A DNA stretch of 57,929 bases, from positions 1 to 57,929 of the IMG/VR virus record IMGVR_UViG_3300045988_084596; one strand, written 5' to 3'. Source of the DNA: a virus. Each line of letters opens with the position of its first letter. The stretch's first letter is position 1. A program made the translations under genes and the position numbers. Below, piece by piece: positions 53,714 through 57,929 of the stretch. Below the pieces are notes generated by a model, which saw only the letters and a list, made by a program, of their open reading frames with translations, was not told the DNA's origin and made no database searches.

Positions 53714-53899
53714 GATAAACAAGAGGAAAAAGATTAAAGGAGAGAAGTATTGTAGCTTCTCTCCTTTTTTATATATATTATAATCGCGGAAGGCTAGGTT
53801 TACGATCGTTGTGACGAGTGTTGTGATGGTTGTACCTAGACCCGATCGGCACCCAACTCCACCATTTTATAAACTCCTTTTAATTTCCTTTAATTTCTT

Positions 53900-54319
53900 T
53901 CAATCTTCATATAAAGATAATCTATATCTCTATCCAGTTCTATTTATCTCTCTTATCCTTCCAACCAAATCATATATCTCTCCATTTTTATCTCGATTTT
54001 TCAATTCGATTTCTCTAAAACCTTCTTCTAACTTTTCAATTCGTTTTTCTAAATCGGTTATAGAGTCCTCTAAATCTTGAGTAAAAACATCTATACTTAT
54101 CCTATTATGATATTTATCTACTATAACTCTACTTCTTCCTTCTACCTTTAAATTCTCTTCCATCCATTCTTCTAACTTATCATCAAATTTATTCTTTACA
54201 AAATATACCTTGCCTTCTTCTTCATCATCTTTAAAGTAAACTAATACTGGTTCATACTAATTTAATCCATTTTTCACGAATTGATAATTTTCTACCTTAA
54301 TTGGTTTAAATACTTCCAT
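53900..54319 (-). CDS. hypothetical protein (139 aa), 2 TAG codons
   Basis: RBS TAATGGAGGATAAAAAT before ATG at 54319. Frame includes ORF 53930-54163 and ends at TGA 53900-53902. Confidence 0.4.
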
Positions 54320-54450
54320 ATTTTTATCCTCCATTATAATTGCGGGCACATGGGACTTCGATATTCTGAGAGCGGAGCTCGAAGAAATATCGAAGTCCCT
54401 TAGATAAATTATTTAGTATATTATTTAGATATAATATGATTTTTTACCTC

Positions 54451-54496
54451 TCGTAAATAGATAAAATTACCCTTTCGTAGATAGATAAAATTACCC
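54451..54496. repeat. two 22-bp direct repeats (iteron-like)
   Basis: TCGTAAATAGATAAAATTACCC at 54451-54472 and TCGTAGATAGATAAAATTACCC at 54475-54496, overlapping the 3' end of the replication-organiser-like gene. Confidence 0.45.
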
Positions 54497-55129
54497 ATTC
54501 AGCTCAATAGTCAAATTAAACTAGATTAATCTCATACGAGGAACGGGTTTACCATTACTCTAATCATAATAATTTTCATACTCAATAAGACCAAGCTTTG
54601 ACAAACACAGTAGCGCATTTGTCACAATCTAAGAATTTCTTGAACTTCCTTCTGTTTTTAATCCTATATGTTCACCGATCTCCTTAAGAGTAAAACTATA
54701 TTTTTCATCCGTGCCTAAAGATTCTTTATATTTCCATCTTTGCCCTAAATATGTGTAAACCTTGATTACCTATTCCTTCAAAGTATCATTTATAAATCTC
54801 AAAGTCTACAATGGAATCATAAAAAAAATATCTTCTTTCATAGGAAGAATATACTACCTATTTTCTTCATCATCAATTATATAACCCTAAGCTATAAGAT
54901 AATCTCTGTGCGCTCGATAAGTCTTTGGAGTTTTTATACCAAGTTTCTCACATAGACTATTCTACGAAGGAACATCATCTTTTGAAACCACTGTCTATCC
55001 ATTTTTATCTACATACGATAATTCCTAAAATAACGCATATAATTCTCCATCAATCTTTTTGTCATTTAAAAAAGTCTAGGTATCAAGAGTTACATTAGCA
55101 GGAAATCTTTTTGATATATTTCCTTTCAT
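54490..55129 (-). CDS. phage replisome organiser / DnaD-like N-terminal domain protein (~200 aa), about 10 TAG codons, with a +1 frame discontinuity near 55019-55023
   Basis: RBS ATAAGGAGGTGATAGAAG before ATG at 55129. The body frame (ATG at 55065 to TAA at 54490-54492) encodes FFMIPLQTLRFINDTLKEQVIKVYTYLGQRWKYKESLGTDEKYSFTLKEIGEHIGLK, resembling the phage replication-organiser N-terminal domain. The two frames join seamlessly if one T of the run at 55019-55021 is skipped. Confidence 0.45.
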
Positions 55130-55430
55130 CTTCTATCACCTCCTTATATTATATAAAAAATAAAGGGTAAAAACAAATTAACTTTACCCAATAACTAAAT
55201 ATTTTCTCAAAATCATGATATACTTCCTCTACGTACATATGAAATTTTACCTCAATTTTTTACCTCTTTTGGATATTCCGATCGTTTTTAAAATGCGGGA
55301 TTGCCAATTTCTCTGCCTAAAAAATTCCCGCATCCGTGAGAAATTATGACGGTTCGTTATAATCCATAAGATTTACTTGCATATCTTAATAAAATACGGT
55401 AATATATTTATATAAATAAGAAAAGAGGTT

Positions 55431-55943
55431 TTGCTCATGCCATTAACTATTGGATTCTTTATATTACTCATGGTTACATCGCTTATAGTATTATATAAAG
55501 ACTGTGACTCTTTTGCAGAATATCTATTCTCTACAATTCTCGGAGTTGTACTTTCAGCATTTATCACTTTCTTATTTGCGATTATAATTTGTGGTATTGT
55601 TATTTTTGTTGAACCTGCAACCTATTCTGCGAAAACCACTCAAACATATTCTATTACTGCTTTGAGTGATAATTTTAGTTCTTACGTAGGCTGTTATTAT
55701 ACAGAAGATGGGCTCTATTACTCATTCCTGTATCAAACAGATAAAGGTATAACTGCTAAATCTATTGAAGCAAATTAGTCTTATATCAAGAACACAAATG
55801 ATGACCCATACATAGAAGAAAATAAAATCCGTTTCAAAAACCCAGTTTTAAATTTCTTACTTGGACCTCGGTCTGTTGAATACACCATCTATATTCCAGA
55901 AGATTCATTTATCCAAGAGAATTATGTAATCGACCTTGAGTAA
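55431..55943 (+). CDS. membrane protein (~170 aa), one TAG at 55776
   Basis: RBS AAGAGGTTTTGCTC before ATG. Two TM helices LTIGFFILLMVTSLIVL and LGVVLSAFITFLFAIIICGIVIFV; reads through TAG to TAA 55941-55943. Confidence 0.4.
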
Positions 55944-55980
55944 AATAAAGACGCTCTTAAAAGAGCGTCTTTATTTTTTT
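55944..55980 (+). terminator. intrinsic terminator
   Basis: AAAGACGCTCTTaaAAGAGCGTCTTT then ATTTTTTT. Confidence 0.6.
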
Positions 55981-56032
55981 ATAAAATTATTATATAATAT
56001 ATATAGAAAGTTAAGGAAAGGGAGTAAAAGTT

Positions 56033-56467
56033 ATGAAGATTAGTGAGCTGATTAAATCAGAAGGATACAAGAACTCCACTGTAAGAATCTGCGAGTTCCT
56101 CGGCTTTTCTGATACAGATCAACTCAAAAGAGCTAAATTCTTCGCTATTCAAGAAACTTATAGTCCTATTCCGGTTCTTGGGGTCAGCATTAATAATGGA
56201 GACCCAACTTGGCGGTTATGCGAAGTAGATAATAATGTAAGAGATCTCTATTCTGTTGATGAAGGATATAAAATTCGCCTTAAAATTTGCAACGAGTTCG
56301 GAGGTCGTACTTACTATCAAAGTGATTTTCTCTCCTTGCTAAAGAGTGGACACATTGTTTATTGTCCTAATGAAAATAAATATAAAATTAAACACATTGT
56401 TTGCGCAGAAAAAATCAGCGATGGAGCAATCTTAATTCATGAATTTGATTCTGTAGAGGAGGTATAA
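56033..56467 (+). CDS. hypothetical protein (144 aa)
   Basis: RBS AAGGAAAGGGAGTAAAAGTT before ATG. Confidence 0.4.
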   Translation: MKISELIKSEGYKNSTVRICEFLGFSDTDQLKRAKFFAIQETYSPIPVLGVSINNGDPTWRLCEVDNNVRDLYSVDEGYKIRLKICNEFGGRTYYQSDFLSLLKSGHIVYCPNENKYKIKHIVCAEKISDGAILIHEFDSVEEV

Positions 56468-56470
56468 AAT

Positions 56471-56662
56471 ATGGATATGTCATTTTTCGCATACACTGGC
56501 GCTTTTGAACTGGCTGCTCGAGAATTGGCTTCAAAGCCATGGACTATGAACGATCCATCTCAGCAAGCGCAAATCTGCGCAAAATACGGTATCTTTTTTG
56601 ATAACATAACAGATGATGAAATTGATATGCTTTCTCAAATGGTTGAAGAGTATTCTAATTAA
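56471..56662 (+). CDS. hypothetical acidic protein (63 aa)
   Basis: RBS GAGGAGGTATAAAAT before ATG. Confidence 0.35.
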   Translation: MDMSFFAYTGAFELAARELASKPWTMNDPSQQAQICAKYGIFFDNITDDEIDMLSQMVEEYSN

Positions 56663-56678
56663 AGAAAGGAAGAGAAAT

Positions 56679-57215
56679 ATGATTGGTGAGACTATTACTG
56701 TAAATGGAGTAAAGTGCCTTGTTCTTGACGAAATTGATGGTAACCCCTTCGTAATTGCACTTGAAGTAGGAATTGATTTTGTCTTTGGAAATTCTAATAA
56801 CTATAAAGAGAGTACATTGCGGAAGGGCGCTGAGGCTTGGCTTAAGAAAACTGGCATTAAGGCTATTCCGCGCGATGTCGACCTGACTGCAATGGATGGA
56901 TATAAAGGATATGGTTCACTAAATACCGCTGTTGCACCCCTTACCTTCGACGAATATCGCAAGTATAATCATATTCTAACTCCTCATATCAAGAATTGGT
57001 TCTGGCTTGTTACCCCTTGGGGATCTCCTGAGAAAGATAATTGGGCCTCGCTCTACGTTTGCGTTGTCCTCTACGATGGGTCTGCGACCTACAACTTCTA
57101 CTACACCGGCATCGGGCTCGCGCCGGCTTTCATTCTTGATAAAAATGAGAAGTCTCTTAGTGACTTTACTAATGAGGAGCTAATTGCTGAACTTAACAAG
57201 AGATTGAAGGTATAA
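56679..57215 (+). CDS. hypothetical protein (178 aa)
   Basis: RBS AAGAAAGGAAGAGAAAT before ATG at 56679. The track's 56613 start is in the same frame. Confidence 0.4.
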   Translation: MIGETITVNGVKCLVLDEIDGNPFVIALEVGIDFVFGNSNNYKESTLRKGAEAWLKKTGIKAIPRDVDLTAMDGYKGYGSLNTAVAPLTFDEYRKYNHILTPHIKNWFWLVTPWGSPEKDNWASLYVCVVLYDGSATYNFYYTGIGLAPAFILDKNEKSLSDFTNEELIAELNKRLKV

Positions 57216-57217
57216 TT

Positions 57218-57929
57218 ATGTATCGCCTTAGCTCTAAAGATATTGACCCAATTCTTGACAAATATACAGAAAAAGTTAATTCCAAAACAGGATATTATAA
57301 AATTCCGTATGATTCGTGGAGACTATTAAAGAAATTAGCTTCCTCAGAATTAACTTTTGAAGTTGAAACTAAAATTCGCTGTGGAGAAATTTTTCTACTC
57401 TTAAATAGTGGCTCTTTTCACTATGACATTCCCATCACTTACGGTTTTGTAAGTATTATGAAAGAAAGGTTGACAAAGGCAATGTATACTGATTCTAATT
57501 CTGCTACTACTAATTCTAAGCCCAATAAGCCCTCTTTTAATATGAATATTGATTTTGGCCCTTGCGGAGATGAGGTGGCCTTTTCTCCTTATGGCTTGGC
57601 TATTCGTAATTCTAAGGGTGAATATTTTACCTATAATCCTACCTCTAAACAGACCATTGATGTGACTGGTTTTACTTTCACCTTCCAGAATATGGTATAT
57701 CGTATGCCTGTCGCGGCTTCTGCTGTAAAGGAAGGCGACATGATTATTCATAAGCATCACCCCATGTTCGTTTCGTCAATTTCTGAAGGTAACATTGAAG
57801 TCATTGATATCCTTGAGTCTGAGGTTAAAACTGTAATTCCCACCTCTAATCCCTTTGGCTTTAACTTTATTACCAAGATTATGCCTATCGTAAACTTTGG
57901 TAATACTGCACCTTCTCCTGACCAGCCTT
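57218..57929 (+). CDS. hypothetical protein, 5' partial (at least 237 aa, runs off the window)
   Basis: ATG at 57218 after AAGGTATAATT; frame 2 has no stop to the end of the window. Confidence 0.4.
   Translation, partial: MYRLSSKDIDPILDKYTEKVNSKTGYYKIPYDSWRLLKKLASSELTFEVETKIRCGEIFLLLNSGSFHYDIPITYGFVSIMKERLTKAMYTDSNSATTNSKPNKPSFNMNIDFGPCGDEVAFSPYGLAIRNSKGEYFTYNPTSKQTIDVTGFTFTFQNMVYRMPVAASAVKEGDMIIHKHHPMFVSSISEGNIEVIDILESEVKTVIPTSNPFGFNFITKIMPIVNFGNTAPSPDQP

Overview
This window reads as one end-to-end segment of a tailed phage or prophage genome. It is AT-rich and has strong Shine-Dalgarno sites and sigma70-type TTGACA-N17-TATAAT promoters, which suggests a Firmicutes host.

The main observation is that TAG is not a stop codon here. 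Conserved genes such as FolD, terminase large subunit, portal, the tape measure protein and a DGR-type reverse transcriptase each carry many in-frame TAG codons. Every gene end I can place with confidence is TAA or TGA instead, so the amber codon is reassigned, most likely to a sense codon such as Gln.

Layout of the window:
- 1-2338 (+): a DGR-type reverse transcriptase sitting right at the window edge, followed by two small TAG-containing genes.
- 2385-40709 (-): a TAG-rich late structural module. It runs from two packaging-adjacent zinc-ribbon proteins through terminase large subunit, a PD-(D/E)xK-like nuclease insert, portal, a candidate protease, scaffold and major capsid protein, then connector and tail-tube genes, a tail chaperone, a ~2900-aa tape measure protein and six or more tail/fibre genes.
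- 40746-53713 (+): an early region that is TAG-free and noticeably GC-richer. It holds FolD, a bacterial-type PARG-like macrodomain protein next to a Pth2 peptidyl-tRNA hydrolase, an AbrB-like regulator, a HAD deoxynucleotidase and a DEDDh exonuclease. It is built from repeated units of consensus promoter, a dyad element, genes, and a tandem double terminator.
- 52457-53269: an ~800-bp non-coding region that looks like an origin, carrying CCGATCGG palindromes and ~130-bp direct repeats.
- 54490-55129 (-): a TAG-rich replisome-organiser-like gene on the opposite strand.

No tRNA genes, CRISPR array or integrase could be identified. I assigned functions by reading motifs by hand, so most product calls are tentative.
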